A DNA stretch of 64,000 nucleotides from Epilithonimonas sp. (GCF_032054305.1 NZ_DAMBSX010000004.1:184795-248794), one strand, 5' to 3'; positions 19,487 to 30,587 are shown, numbered from the stretch's first letter. The notes: a model not told the origin generated them from the letters alone. Numbers and translations are program-made.

Positions 19487-21766
19487 ATGAAAACCAAGAC
19501 TCTCATCGCCGCCATATTTTTCTCAGGATTGATTTATGCCCAGGAAACCAAAACCGATTCTGCAAAAACTAAAAACATAGAAGCTGTTACGCTGACAAAA
19601 CAAGTCTTCAAAAAACAAAGCGACCGTTTCGTTTATGATGTTGCCGCATCGCCGGTGGCTAAAGGAAACACAGCATTCAATTTATTAAAGCAAACACCTT
19701 TGGTTTCTTCAACGGATGATAAAACTTTGAAAATCATTGGAAAAAACAATGCTGTGATTTTTATTAATGGCAGAAAAACCAATATGGATGCAGAGTCATT
19801 AACTCAATTTCTAAAAAATACACCGGCAGAAAATATCCAAAAAATTGAGGTCATCACACTTCCTGGAAGTGAGTTTCAGGTGGAATCTTCGGACGGAATC
19901 ATCAATATCGTTCTAAAGAAAAAAATGACCGACGGACTGAACGGAAATATGAGAATGGGAAATTCCCAAAGTTATTATAACTCTTCTTACGCAGGACTTT
20001 CTCTTAATTACAGAAAAGACAAATTGGGAATCAGCTCCAATATCAATACAAGCCAAAATATTCAGGAACAATATTATATTCTGAGAAATGGAAGTGATAA
20101 AGCGAGCAACCAATCGGAGGGCAGAGTCACCGATCCGAACAAAAATCTCGGTGGTTACCTGAATATCGATTATCAACTGAATGACAATAGCAATCTTGCT
20201 TTGACTTATAATTCCTGGGCCAATAGAAGTTATGGTTCTACGTCCAATCTTTTCAACACCATTAATTCAAAAAATGATGCAGGTGTAGCTTTACCGACCA
20301 AATATAATTATACTAAAAATCTTGAAAATGCACGTTCTTACAACAATTCATTAAACTTAAATTATGAATTAAAAACAGACACACTTGGAAGTAAATTGAA
20401 TTTGAACGCTGCTTATCTAAACTATAAACGTTTTCAAAATGCAGATAATATCACTTACAGATCAGATGTCTTCCAGAATTTAGGTCCAAAAATGATAGAA
20501 ATCAACCAAAGTACACCTCAGATTATCAACAATTTTTCCTTCTTGGGAGATTACATAAAAAAATTCAAGAATGATTTTACAGTATCCATTGGAGGAAATT
20601 TTAACAAAACAAAAACAGATAATGACACAGAAAGCAACACCAATAATTATATCTATTTCAAAGATGGAAATGGTAATGATACTAATGACCTGAAGGAAAT
20701 AATCCTTACACAAAACCCTAACCTCTTCATCTATGACGAGAATATCTATGGATTCTATCTTACATTGGAAAAGAAGTTGTCTGATAAGTTTTCGGGAAAG
20801 ATCGGTTCCAGATATGAGATAACAAATAGCGTCGGAAAATCAGACAATGCACAAAACGAGTCGCTTAGAAATATTAAAAGAAATTACAACAATTTTCTTC
20901 CTTATGTCAGTCTCAATTATGCTATCAATGATAATAATAACGTTTCTTATGCATTCTCCAGTAGAATGAGAAGACCTAGTTTCTGGGAGCTGAATCCTGT
21001 CAAAAACTTTCTGACAGATGTTAATTACACACAGAATAATCCTTTTGTAAAAGCTTCTTCTGTTTATACGAATGAGTTTACTTATATGTTCAAGAATTCT
21101 TATTTTTTGATCCTGAATCACTCCTATTCCAAAAATGTGATCACTCAGGTCCCATTGCAAAGAGAGATCGTTAAGGATGGGGTAAATTATAAAGAGCTGC
21201 GATACATCAGAACCAACTTCGGCGATAAGCAAGAGATGTCTGCTATGATTGGGATGCAGAAATCTTTCTTCAAACAATATCTGACCTCGAATTTTAATAT
21301 CGGGATACAGAGAAATGTAAATGACGGATTCCTCAACACAGACCCGATCACGGGCGATATTTTCCCGGATTATGTGAACAAAATCAAATCCAACAGCTTA
21401 TTGATTCAAACCAACAATACTGTGAGATTGGACAAAAATAAAACATGGTTCTTGGGTGTGAACTATTGGTATGTGGACAACCAGCAGATAGAATTGGGAA
21501 GACTGAAATCTCTGATGAGCCTGGACGCTAACATCAAAAAAGTATGGAACGATTGGACTTTTACTCTAGAAATCTATGACCTTTTAAAAACCAACAAAGT
21601 AGTGATTACAGATTATCAGGACAATGGAAATTTCAATTACATCAATCAAAATCAATACAACCAAAGCGTGAACTTCAGCATCACTTATAATTTTGGGAAC
21701 AAAAAAGTTCAGAAAATAAGAGATATCAGCAGCGCAGATAAAGACATTAAAAACCGCACCAGATAA
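19487..21766 (+). CDS. Outer-membrane beta-barrel family protein, tandem paralog of 17204..19417
   Basis: Colinear similarity with the upstream gene: KQSDRFVYDVAASPVAKGNTAFNLLKQTP, IEVITLPGSEFQVES, LPYVSLNYAINDNNNVSYAFSSRMRRPSFWELNP. Confidence 0.7.
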   Translation: MKTKTLIAAIFFSGLIYAQETKTDSAKTKNIEAVTLTKQVFKKQSDRFVYDVAASPVAKGNTAFNLLKQTPLVSSTDDKTLKIIGKNNAVIFINGRKTNMDAESLTQFLKNTPAENIQKIEVITLPGSEFQVESSDGIINIVLKKKMTDGLNGNMRMGNSQSYYNSSYAGLSLNYRKDKLGISSNINTSQNIQEQYYILRNGSDKASNQSEGRVTDPNKNLGGYLNIDYQLNDNSNLALTYNSWANRSYGSTSNLFNTINSKNDAGVALPTKYNYTKNLENARSYNNSLNLNYELKTDTLGSKLNLNAAYLNYKRFQNADNITYRSDVFQNLGPKMIEINQSTPQIINNFSFLGDYIKKFKNDFTVSIGGNFNKTKTDNDTESNTNNYIYFKDGNGNDTNDLKEIILTQNPNLFIYDENIYGFYLTLEKKLSDKFSGKIGSRYEITNSVGKSDNAQNESLRNIKRNYNNFLPYVSLNYAINDNNNVSYAFSSRMRRPSFWELNPVKNFLTDVNYTQNNPFVKASSVYTNEFTYMFKNSYFLILNHSYSKNVITQVPLQREIVKDGVNYKELRYIRTNFGDKQEMSAMIGMQKSFFKQYLTSNFNIGIQRNVNDGFLNTDPITGDIFPDYVNKIKSNSLLIQTNNTVRLDKNKTWFLGVNYWYVDNQQIELGRLKSLMSLDANIKKVWNDWTFTLEIYDLLKTNKVVITDYQDNGNFNYINQNQYNQSVNFSITYNFGNKKVQKIRDISSADKDIKNRTR

Positions 21767-21800
21767 ACGTTCATTATATATTAAATCAAATTTTTCAATG

Positions 21801-21831
21801 AAACTCCCGATTGGTTATCCGGGAGTTTTTT
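21801..21831 (+). terminator. Rho-independent terminator after the second barrel gene
   Basis: AAACTCCCG / CGGGAGTTT stem, followed by a T-run. Confidence 0.7.
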
Positions 21832-21846
21832 ATTTATATTTAATTT

Positions 21847-22764
21847 TTATTTCTTCGGCAAAAAGACCTCTGCCAACATACATCTGGCGCTTCCGCCACC
21901 GTTGGTCTCTATCACTTCCAAATCGGAGTAGATAATTTCGCAATATTTTTCGATTGTAGTAACTTGCTCGGGCTTCAAAGACCTGTAAGCACTTTGGCTC
22001 ATTACTAAAAATTTTTCTCCAAAATGATTTTGGACCTGAAGCATATTTCCTGCAAAATTCTGCATTTGGTCTTCGGAGATCTCTATCAATTCTTTTCCTG
22101 AATTTTTAATTGTTTCAACCACTTTTTCCCTTTCCAGTCCGTCATCTATACAATCTAAGCAAATCACTACAAACTTGTCCGCAACGCACATCATCACATT
22201 AGTATGATAAATTGGCAATCTTTCTTCGCCAGCCGTTTGATAAGAATGAAAAACTATAGGTTTGAATCCAAACTCACTACAGAATTTTCTGAACAAATCT
22301 TCATCCAACCTCAACGAAACTGAACCGTAAGCAATCTTATTATCGTGGTCGAAAATCATGCTTCCTGTTCCTTCCAAGAATTTATTGTCTTTTTCGGTTT
22401 CAGAATAATCGATGATTTCGTTGATAATAAATTGTTCTTTGATATGGTCAAGAATATCATTTCGCCTTTCCAAACGTCTGTTTTCAGCAAACATCGGATA
22501 GAGAACCACTTTTCCATTTGCGTGAAAACTTACCCAGTTATTTGGAAAAATAGAATCTGGTGTTTTTGGGTCAAGGGTATCTTTTATGGTAATGACATTG
22601 ATGCCTTTCGCTCTCAGTTTTTCAACAAAAGCATTGAACTCTTTCAAAGCTTCACCTTGAACATTGCCTTCCTGCTGAACCTGAAAATAATTGTTAACCG
22701 CCGTCTGCTCATTGAATCCGAAAGCAATTGGTTCTATCATTAAAACTGTATCTGTAGTTTGCAT
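21847..22764 (-). CDS. Arginine-deiminase-related / amidinotransferase-fold hydrolase (family annotated as citrulline utilization hydrolase CtlX)
   Basis: 305 aa with the C-terminal catalytic-Cys motif NGGGSARCMLAEVF, typical of guanidino-group-modifying enzymes. Confidence 0.7.
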   Translation of the reverse strand: MQTTDTVLMIEPIAFGFNEQTAVNNYFQVQQEGNVQGEALKEFNAFVEKLRAKGINVITIKDTLDPKTPDSIFPNNWVSFHANGKVVLYPMFAENRRLERRNDILDHIKEQFIINEIIDYSETEKDNKFLEGTGSMIFDHDNKIAYGSVSLRLDEDLFRKFCSEFGFKPIVFHSYQTAGEERLPIYHTNVMMCVADKFVVICLDCIDDGLEREKVVETIKNSGKELIEISEDQMQNFAGNMLQVQNHFGEKFLVMSQSAYRSLKPEQVTTIEKYCEIIYSDLEVIETNGGGSARCMLAEVFLPKK

Positions 22765-22803
22765 TTATAAGTTTGAGTGTTTTAGAATGAGAGAATTTGA
22801 GAG

Positions 22804-23193
22804 TTATTTTTCTAATGAGAATGAACACCATTTATTGGATTGATTCATCATAACTACAAGCATTCCAATTATCTCATTATATTGATTGTTCAAATTATTA
22901 AATTGTTCTTCGTTTATATAATCACAAGCGAACGAAAACCGAAGCCAGGTTTGAGTTTATCTTGCTTCTCCTTCAGAATCTGTAAGCTTTGCGACAAATG
23001 ACTTTTCATATTTTCGTTTTCCCCACGCTTCGCTAATATTTGCAGAAACCGACCGAGACGAACGTCTTATTTGGTCTGTTAAAGAATAAATTTCTTCTTT
23101 TGGAAATGTTTTTGAGAGTTCGAATATTTGCATTGCGCCATTAAAGGACTTTTGAAAAACTTTCAAATCTTGATGAAATTTAATTGTTGACAT
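22804..23193 (-). pseudogene. Four-helix-bundle protein (23S rRNA intervening-sequence protein family) interrupted by an in-frame TAA
   Basis: The track ORF 22957..23193 ends ...LTDSEGEAR at the TAA (22959..22957). The same frame continues TQTWLRFSFACDYINEEQFNNLNNQYNEIIGMLVVMMNQSNKWCSFSLEK to a TAA at 22806..22804. This matches the usual ...ETQ.WL.F...YI... C-terminal half of the family. Confidence 0.7.
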
Positions 23194-23269
23194 CTTGTGT
23201 TTTTTATAAACTAAAATAAAAAAAATATCAACAAACTCAACGCTAAAACTCTCTGACTCTCAAATTCGC

Positions 23270-24184
23270 CTACTCTCTAACAAGCGGAAGCGTGGAGCAT
23301 CTCAACAAGCCTCCCATTTTGGAAATTTCTCGATAAGGGATTTCTTCTACGGTAAAGCCCCACTCATCTCGCAGATGATGATTAAGTCTCGTGAAGGCCT
23401 TATCAGAAACCACAATATCCGGTGCAATTGAAAAGATGTTAGGAACCATGTCGAACATTTCTTTATCATTGATCTCGAAACAATTTTCTTCTCCAAAAAT
23501 ATCAACCAACAACTGATAATCAGACTCGTCAACAAATCCATTTTTATAAATGATACATTTGTCATTTCCAACAATATTGAATGTACAATCCAAATGAAGA
23601 ATCCCTTCGTAGGGTTTTGTATCATTTTTTCTCAAATCAAGGTCGATGATCCTTTTCTTTGGAAAATATTCTTTCAGAATCTCTATGGCGTATTCGTTTG
23701 TTCTTGCCGTTTTAAGATTTCTATAATCTGGGCTATAACTTGTCCCGATGAAAAGGAATCCGTTCCAGACAATCACATCTCCACCTTCTATATGTGCCGT
23801 TTCCGGAAGATTGATAATATTCCTCCAAGACACTTTATCGATGATATGTCTGTAAGCTTCCTGTTCGTCTGCTCTATCCGGAATGATATTCGAAATTATC
23901 ATTTTGTCCTCTATCACAAACGCAACATCTCTCGCAAAAACCTGATTGTAATCTTTGATGATTTTCGGTCGGAAAACCTCGACATCATATTTTTTCAGAA
24001 CCTTTTCGAACTCTGTCATTTCAGAAATAATATCCTGTTCCTTTGGGTAGATATTATTCTCAATGGTGTGATAAGATTTCGCATCATAACTTTCTTCCAA
24101 AGTTGGGACAGCTCCGTTTGATTTTGGCTGTCCAAGAACTACGGATTTCAGTCTTCCTGTCTCGTTTTTGATATTTAGTCTCAT
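23270..24184 (-). CDS. Dimethylarginine dimethylaminohydrolase / amidinotransferase family protein
   Basis: 304 aa. HLDCTFN and the C-terminal catalytic-Cys motif MGGLLRCSTLPL. Confidence 0.7.
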   Translation of the reverse strand: MRLNIKNETGRLKSVVLGQPKSNGAVPTLEESYDAKSYHTIENNIYPKEQDIISEMTEFEKVLKKYDVEVFRPKIIKDYNQVFARDVAFVIEDKMIISNIIPDRADEQEAYRHIIDKVSWRNIINLPETAHIEGGDVIVWNGFLFIGTSYSPDYRNLKTARTNEYAIEILKEYFPKKRIIDLDLRKNDTKPYEGILHLDCTFNIVGNDKCIIYKNGFVDESDYQLLVDIFGEENCFEINDKEMFDMVPNIFSIAPDIVVSDKAFTRLNHHLRDEWGFTVEEIPYREISKMGGLLRCSTLPLVRE

Positions 24185-24282
24185 ATGTTACTTGCAGTCA
24201 TTTCTAAAGGTCAAATGCAATCGCTGTATCCATAAGTAATTGGGCTAAAAAACCACGGCGATTTCATAATTTCAGAATCACG

Positions 24283-24290
24283 CAAATATA
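24283..24290 (-). promoter_or_regulatory. Candidate -7 promoter box TATATTTG upstream of 23270..24184
   Basis: TAnnTTTG match on the minus strand, about 100 nt upstream of the ATG. Confidence 0.35.
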
Positions 24291-24387
24291 ATTAAAGGAT
24301 TCAAACCATTAATATTTTATTTTAGTTAATAACACCTGCCGGAAGGAGATTGTTGGAGAAAATTTTAGATTATATTATAAAAATGCC

Positions 24388-24423
24388 AAAAAAAATCCCC
24401 GAATAATTACTTTCGAGGATTTT
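24388..24423 (-). terminator. Rho-independent terminator of gltA
   Basis: Minus strand AAATCCTCGAA / TTCGGGGATTT stem (one G-U pair), followed by T8. Confidence 0.75.
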
Positions 24424-24443
24424 ATATTGATTTTCAGAAATTT

Positions 24444-25730
24444 TTATCTGTTTGCAATATCCACATAGTCACGGAGTTGTGAACCTTGATATATCTGTCT
24501 TGGTCTTCCGATAGGATCTCCTTTCAGTCTCATTTCTCTCCATTGGGCAATCCATCCCGGCAATCTTCCTAATGCAAACATTACAGTGAACATTTCTGTT
24601 GGGATTCCCAAAGCTCTGTAGATGATTCCTGAATAGAAATCTACGTTTGGATATAATTTTCTTTCGATGAAGTATTCATCCTCCAAAGCTACTTTTTCTA
24701 ACTGCATTGCAATATCAAGTGCTTTATCTTGGATACCTAATTTTCCTAGAATATCATCCGCCGCTTTTTTGATGATCTTTGCTCTTGGGTCAAAGTTTTT
24801 GTAAACTCTGTGTCCGAAGCCCATCAATCTGAAGCTATCGTTTTTATCTTTTGCCTTCGCAACCCATTTGTTCACATCGCCACCATCCTTTTCTATCAAT
24901 TCTAGCATCTCGATAACCGCCTGGTTAGCACCCCCGTGCAATGGTCCCCAAAGTGCAGAAACACCAGCAGATATAGATGCGAATAATCCTGTGTGTGCAG
25001 AACCTACCATCCTTACTGTAGACGTAGAGCAGTTTTGCTCGTGATCAGCATGAAGGATCAATAATTTATCTAATGCCGCAACTACCACCGGATCTAATTC
25101 AAATTCCTCGTTTGGTAATCTGAATGCCATTTTGTAGAAATTCTCAACATAGTTCAAGCTGTTATCACCGTGATTGATCGGCAAACCTTGAGTTTTTCTA
25201 TAAGTCCAGGCGCAAAGATGAGAGAATTTTGCGATCATCAGTTCTGCTGCAAGATCCATTTCTTCTTTTGATTTAACATCTACTGCCTTCGGGTTGAATG
25301 CTGTTAAAGCAGAAGTTAAAGCAGACAAAACACCCATAGGATGTGCAGAACGCGGGAAGACATCGATCAGCCTTTTCATTTCGTCCGCCACGAAGTTATA
25401 TTTCTTGATGTTGTTCTCGAATGAAGAAAACTGGTCGGTTGTCGGCAATTCCCCATGAAGCAAAAGATACATCACTTCTGTAAAATTGGATTTCTCAGCA
25501 ATCTGCTCTATTGGATAACCTCTGTAGAATAATTCTCCTTTATCACCATCCAGGTATGTAATTTCACTAATTGTAGCACCTGTATTTTTGTACCCAAGAT
25601 CCAAAGTAATCAAACCTGTTTGATCTCTCAATTTGGAAATATCAATTCCTCTGTCACCGATAGTACTATCTACGATCGGATATTCGAAGCTTTTTCCATC
25701 GTAATTTAATATAACTTTATTATCTGACAT
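24444..25730 (-). CDS. gltA: Citrate synthase
   Basis: 428 aa. LILHADHEQNCSTSTVR and GFGHRVYKNFDPRA signature regions. Confidence 0.95.
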   Translation of the reverse strand: MSDNKVILNYDGKSFEYPIVDSTIGDRGIDISKLRDQTGLITLDLGYKNTGATISEITYLDGDKGELFYRGYPIEQIAEKSNFTEVMYLLLHGELPTTDQFSSFENNIKKYNFVADEMKRLIDVFPRSAHPMGVLSALTSALTAFNPKAVDVKSKEEMDLAAELMIAKFSHLCAWTYRKTQGLPINHGDNSLNYVENFYKMAFRLPNEEFELDPVVVAALDKLLILHADHEQNCSTSTVRMVGSAHTGLFASISAGVSALWGPLHGGANQAVIEMLELIEKDGGDVNKWVAKAKDKNDSFRLMGFGHRVYKNFDPRAKIIKKAADDILGKLGIQDKALDIAMQLEKVALEDEYFIERKLYPNVDFYSGIIYRALGIPTEMFTVMFALGRLPGWIAQWREMRLKGDPIGRPRQIYQGSQLRDYVDIANR

Positions 25731-25890
25731 TTTAAAAAAATTTATTTGCTAAATATAACACTTTCAGTCCTAATGCTCAACTGACAAAAGTCATATCTCA
25801 CAATCGATTCTATTAATATCAACAATTGAATAAAAAAAATAATTGTTTATGAAAAACCTAAATAATTAACAAATTGATTTTCAAATAAAT

Positions 25891-25927
25891 AAAAAATAAA
25901 AGGCATCTGGAAAATTCCAAATGCCTT
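25891..25927 (-). terminator. Rho-independent terminator of eno
   Basis: Minus strand AAGGCATTTGG / CCAGATGCCTT stem, followed by TTTATTTTTT. Confidence 0.75.
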
Positions 25928-25950
25928 AAATTATAATTTTTTGTTAAATC

Positions 25951-27285
<1,335 letters not shown>

Positions 27286-27296
27286 TTAAAGCAATG

Positions 27297-27304
27297 CAAA
27301 TTTA
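27297..27304 (-). promoter_or_regulatory. Candidate -7 promoter box TAAATTTG for eno
   Basis: TAnnTTTG match on the minus strand, 54 nt upstream of the eno ATG. Confidence 0.4.
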
Positions 27305-27370
27305 AACATTTTTAAAATATTATGTGATGAATCATTCCTTAACATTTATCACATATAATAAAATGCATTA

Positions 27371-27763
27371 TTATTTAAGGATTCTATATTTTACTTTTAC
27401 GATTCCGACATTCAGAGTTGAAATTTTCTTGAAAGCGCCTTGGCTCAAATCAAATTCTCTGGAAGGTTTCAGCGGGCCTCGGTCGTTTACAGTAATAATA
27501 ACAGATTTATCATTCTCAACATTTACGATTTCCACTCTCGTTCCGAAAGGCAGCGTTTTATGGGATGCCGTCATTTTAAAATGTCTGTAAACTTCTCCAC
27601 TTGCTGTTTTCTTACCATCAAATTTATTAGCATAGTAAGATGCAGTAGTAAAATTATATCTACCTGAATTGCTAGTAGAGTTTCGGCTCCCACAAGAGAC
27701 CATAAAAAGCAACAAAATGTATGTTTTCAATACATATCGGAATATTTTGTAAAAACTTTTCAT
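27371..27763 (-). CDS. rlpA: Septal ring lytic transglycosylase RlpA-family lipoprotein (DPBB domain)
   Basis: Lipobox LLLFMVSCGS. DPBB domain ASYYANKFDGKKTASGE...HKTLPFGTRVEIVNVENDKSVIITVNDRGP. Confidence 0.8.
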   Translation of the reverse strand: MKSFYKIFRYVLKTYILLLFMVSCGSRNSTSNSGRYNFTTASYYANKFDGKKTASGEVYRHFKMTASHKTLPFGTRVEIVNVENDKSVIITVNDRGPLKPSREFDLSQGAFKKISTLNVGIVKVKYRILK

Positions 27764-27896
27764 TATTATAATTTACAAAGGTTAATATATGGACAATAAA
27801 AATGTTAATTGTTCATTAATATTTTGTTTATATTGCAGAAATTTTTAAATTAGTTTTCGAATTAGCTTAGAGATTAAAATATAATCTCCTATTTAA

Positions 27897-28664
27897 ATGA
27901 ATTACGAAAGTATAAAATTAACAATAGAAAGAAAAATTGCCGTTGTCACAATAAACAGGCCAGAAAGCTTAAACGCCTTGAATGCTCAGGTCTTTAATGA
28001 TCTGGAAAATGTGTTTGATGTTTTGGCCTCTGATAGAAATGTAAACTGTGTTATCGTTACAGGAAGTGGAGAAAAATCTTTCGTGGCTGGTGCAGATATC
28101 AAAGAATTTTCTGCTTACGGCTCAGAAAAAGCGAAAGAACTTTCAAAAAGGGGGCATTTTGTTTTTAATAAAATAGAAAATCTTAATAAACCTGTAATTG
28201 CAGCAATCAACGGTTTTGCTTTGGGCGGAGGATTGGAATTGGCATTATCTTGCCACATCCGTTACGCTTCGGAAAATGCAAAATTAGGCTTACCAGAAGT
28301 AACTTTAGGATTAATTCCTGGCTATGGAGGAACTCAGAGATTGCCAAAATTGATAGGAAAAGGTCTGGCTAATGAAATGATTTTCTCAGCAAAAATGATT
28401 ACTGCTGAAAAAGCCAAGTCGATAGGTTTGGTGAATGAAGTCTTTTCTTTGGAAGAATTGCTTGCAAAAACTCAGGAATTAGCTGAGCAGATTGTGAAAA
28501 ATTCTCCAATCGGCATCGCAAAAGCTATAAAAGCAGTAAATGCAAGTGACAAAGAAAATGGAATGGAAACTGAGATTGATTCTTTTGGAGAGTTATTTGC
28601 GCAAGATGATTTTAAAGAAGGCGTTTCTGCATTTATTGAAAAAAGAAAACCTATTTTCAATTAA
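27897..28664 (+). CDS. Enoyl-CoA hydratase (crotonase family)
   Basis: SFVAGADIKEF and AAINGFALGGGLELAL oxyanion-hole motifs. Confidence 0.85.
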   Translation: MNYESIKLTIERKIAVVTINRPESLNALNAQVFNDLENVFDVLASDRNVNCVIVTGSGEKSFVAGADIKEFSAYGSEKAKELSKRGHFVFNKIENLNKPVIAAINGFALGGGLELALSCHIRYASENAKLGLPEVTLGLIPGYGGTQRLPKLIGKGLANEMIFSAKMITAEKAKSIGLVNEVFSLEELLAKTQELAEQIVKNSPIGIAKAIKAVNASDKENGMETEIDSFGELFAQDDFKEGVSAFIEKRKPIFN

Positions 28665-28673
28665 ATTTGCAGG

Positions 28674-29114
28674 ATGAATTATAACAAATTCGACATTGCT
28701 TATCTTAAGATGGCATCTGAATGGGCAAATCTATCTTACTGTAAGAGAAAAAAAGTAGGTGCGCTTATCGTAAAAGACAGAATGATAATTTCTGACGGTT
28801 ATAACGGAACTCCTTCTGGGTTCGAAAACAACTGTGAAGATGAAAACGGCAAAACCAATTGGTTCGTTTTACATGCAGAAGCAAACGCCATATTGAAAAT
28901 AGCAAGCAGTACACAATCTTGCAAAGGCGCAACATTATATATAACAATGTCCCCATGCAAAGAGTGTAGTAAATTGATATTACAATCCGGGATTGAGAAA
29001 GTAGTTTATATGACGGGCTATTCTGATGATAGTGGATTAGAATTTTTAAAGAACGCAGGAATTAAAGTTTTAAATATTACTGAACAAGAACTATATAACG
29101 ATATGAATAAATAA
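28674..29114 (+). CDS. Deoxycytidylate (dCMP) deaminase
   Basis: Zinc-binding HAEANAI and PCKECSKLI cytidine/deoxycytidylate deaminase motifs. Confidence 0.85.
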   Translation: MNYNKFDIAYLKMASEWANLSYCKRKKVGALIVKDRMIISDGYNGTPSGFENNCEDENGKTNWFVLHAEANAILKIASSTQSCKGATLYITMSPCKECSKLILQSGIEKVVYMTGYSDDSGLEFLKNAGIKVLNITEQELYNDMNK

Positions 29115-29143
29115 TATAAAAAGACAATTAAAAAACACAAATT

Positions 29144-30055
29144 ATGAACTGGTCCGAAAAAATCGATGATTTTTCAAATTTTCTAAAATTTGAAAAAAGC
29201 TTCTCTGACAACACACTTGACGCATACATCAGAGACATTAAAAAGCTTGAAAGCTTTGCAACTACAGAACTAGAAGATGTTTCTCCACAGAACATCTCTT
29301 ACGAAAACCTACAGGAGTTCATCTATCAACTATCTAAAAAGAAAATCAGTGAGCGTTCACAGGCAAGAGGTATCTCTTCTATAAAAGCGTTTTTCAAATT
29401 TCTTTTGGAGGAAGAATATAGAGATGACAATCCTTCCTCTCTCTTAGAAGGTCCTAAATTGGGATTATATCTTCCTGATACTCTTAGTATGGAGGATATT
29501 GACAGAATCATAAACAGCATTGATAAAAAAACTGACATCGGACAGAGAAACCAATGTATTCTGGAAGTTTTATACGGCTGTGGTTTAAGAGTTTCCGAAT
29601 TAGTAGATCTGAAGATCTCGAATATCAATTTCAAAGAAAAATTCATTATTGTCGAGGGAAAAGGAGAGAAAACAAGACTTGTACCTCTTGCTAGCTCTAC
29701 TGCAGAATATCTACACCATTACATACAGAACGTCCGAAACAAGATCAAAGTCAATAAAAAACATGAGGACATTGTTTTCCTAAACACAAGAGGAACCAAT
29801 ATGTCCAGAGTTATTGTTTTTATTATTATCAAAGAACTGACCCAAAAAGCCGGAATCAGCAAGAGCATTTCCCCACACACTTTCAGACACTCTTTTGCGA
29901 CCCATTTGCTACAGAACGGAGCCGATTTGAGATTCATTCAGGAAATGCTGGGTCATAGCAGTATTACAACAACTCAAATCTATACGCATTTGAAAACGGA
30001 AGAATTAAGAGACGTTATTTTAAATTTCCATCCAAGAAACAGAAACATGGCGTAG
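29144..30055 (+). CDS. xerD: Site-specific tyrosine recombinase XerD
   Basis: LYGCGLRVSELVDL, and HTFRHSFATHLLQNGADLRFIQEMLGHSSITTTQIYTH carrying the catalytic RHRY residues. Housekeeping context. Confidence 0.8.
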   Translation: MNWSEKIDDFSNFLKFEKSFSDNTLDAYIRDIKKLESFATTELEDVSPQNISYENLQEFIYQLSKKKISERSQARGISSIKAFFKFLLEEEYRDDNPSSLLEGPKLGLYLPDTLSMEDIDRIINSIDKKTDIGQRNQCILEVLYGCGLRVSELVDLKISNINFKEKFIIVEGKGEKTRLVPLASSTAEYLHHYIQNVRNKIKVNKKHEDIVFLNTRGTNMSRVIVFIIIKELTQKAGISKSISPHTFRHSFATHLLQNGADLRFIQEMLGHSSITTTQIYTHLKTEELRDVILNFHPRNRNMA

Positions 30056-30074
30056 TTTTCTTTAAATTTATCCA

Positions 30075-30587
30075 ATGGAAAATTTAAAGTTCTGTCCAAA
30101 ATGCGGTCAGGAAAAACTGTTATGGAATCACGTTACCAAATTTAGTTGCAGCAATTGTGATTTTGTTTTGTATCACAATACTGCTGCAGCTGTTGCGGTA
30201 ATCATAAAATATAAGGATGAATTATTTTTCACGGTTCGGAACCAAGAGCCCGGAAAAGGAAAATGGGATTTGCCTGGCGGATTTACAGACCCGAAAGAAA
30301 GTTCCGAAGAAACTTGCTCCAGAGAATTGAATGAAGAATTAGGGTTAACAATCAATCCAAAAGAATTTAAATATCTTGGAAGTCAGCCGAACATTTATCC
30401 TTATAAAAATATTGATTACAATACTTTGGATCTATTCTACTTATATCATGTCGAGGAAAAATTTGAGATCCAATTAGAAGAATCGGAAATCTCGGAAACT
30501 ATTTGGATAAAGTCCTCAGAGCTTGACTTAGATAAAATTGCTTTTGAGTCTCAGAAGAGATTCCTAAAAAGCTATTTGCAAACGTAA
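30075..30587 (+). CDS. NUDIX hydrolase with an N-terminal zinc ribbon
   Basis: CPKCG...CSNCDF, then the Nudix box GGFTDPKESSEETCSRELNEELGL. Confidence 0.8.
   Translation: MENLKFCPKCGQEKLLWNHVTKFSCSNCDFVLYHNTAAAVAVIIKYKDELFFTVRNQEPGKGKWDLPGGFTDPKESSEETCSRELNEELGLTINPKEFKYLGSQPNIYPYKNIDYNTLDLFYLYHVEEKFEIQLEESEISETIWIKSSELDLDKIAFESQKRFLKSYLQT

Noticed and set aside
24185-24282. A guanidine or other riboswitch in the ~100-nt leader of the DDAH-family gene.
   Set aside because: Only one 6-bp long-range pairing (AATCGC/GCGATT) is present. I could recognise no ykkC-type conserved blocks. The evidence is too weak to report as a feature.
29144-30055. XerD considered as the integrase of a mobile element.
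   Set aside because: It is flanked by housekeeping genes (dCMP deaminase and NUDIX). I noticed no direct repeats or cargo genes. The sequence fits chromosomal XerD.
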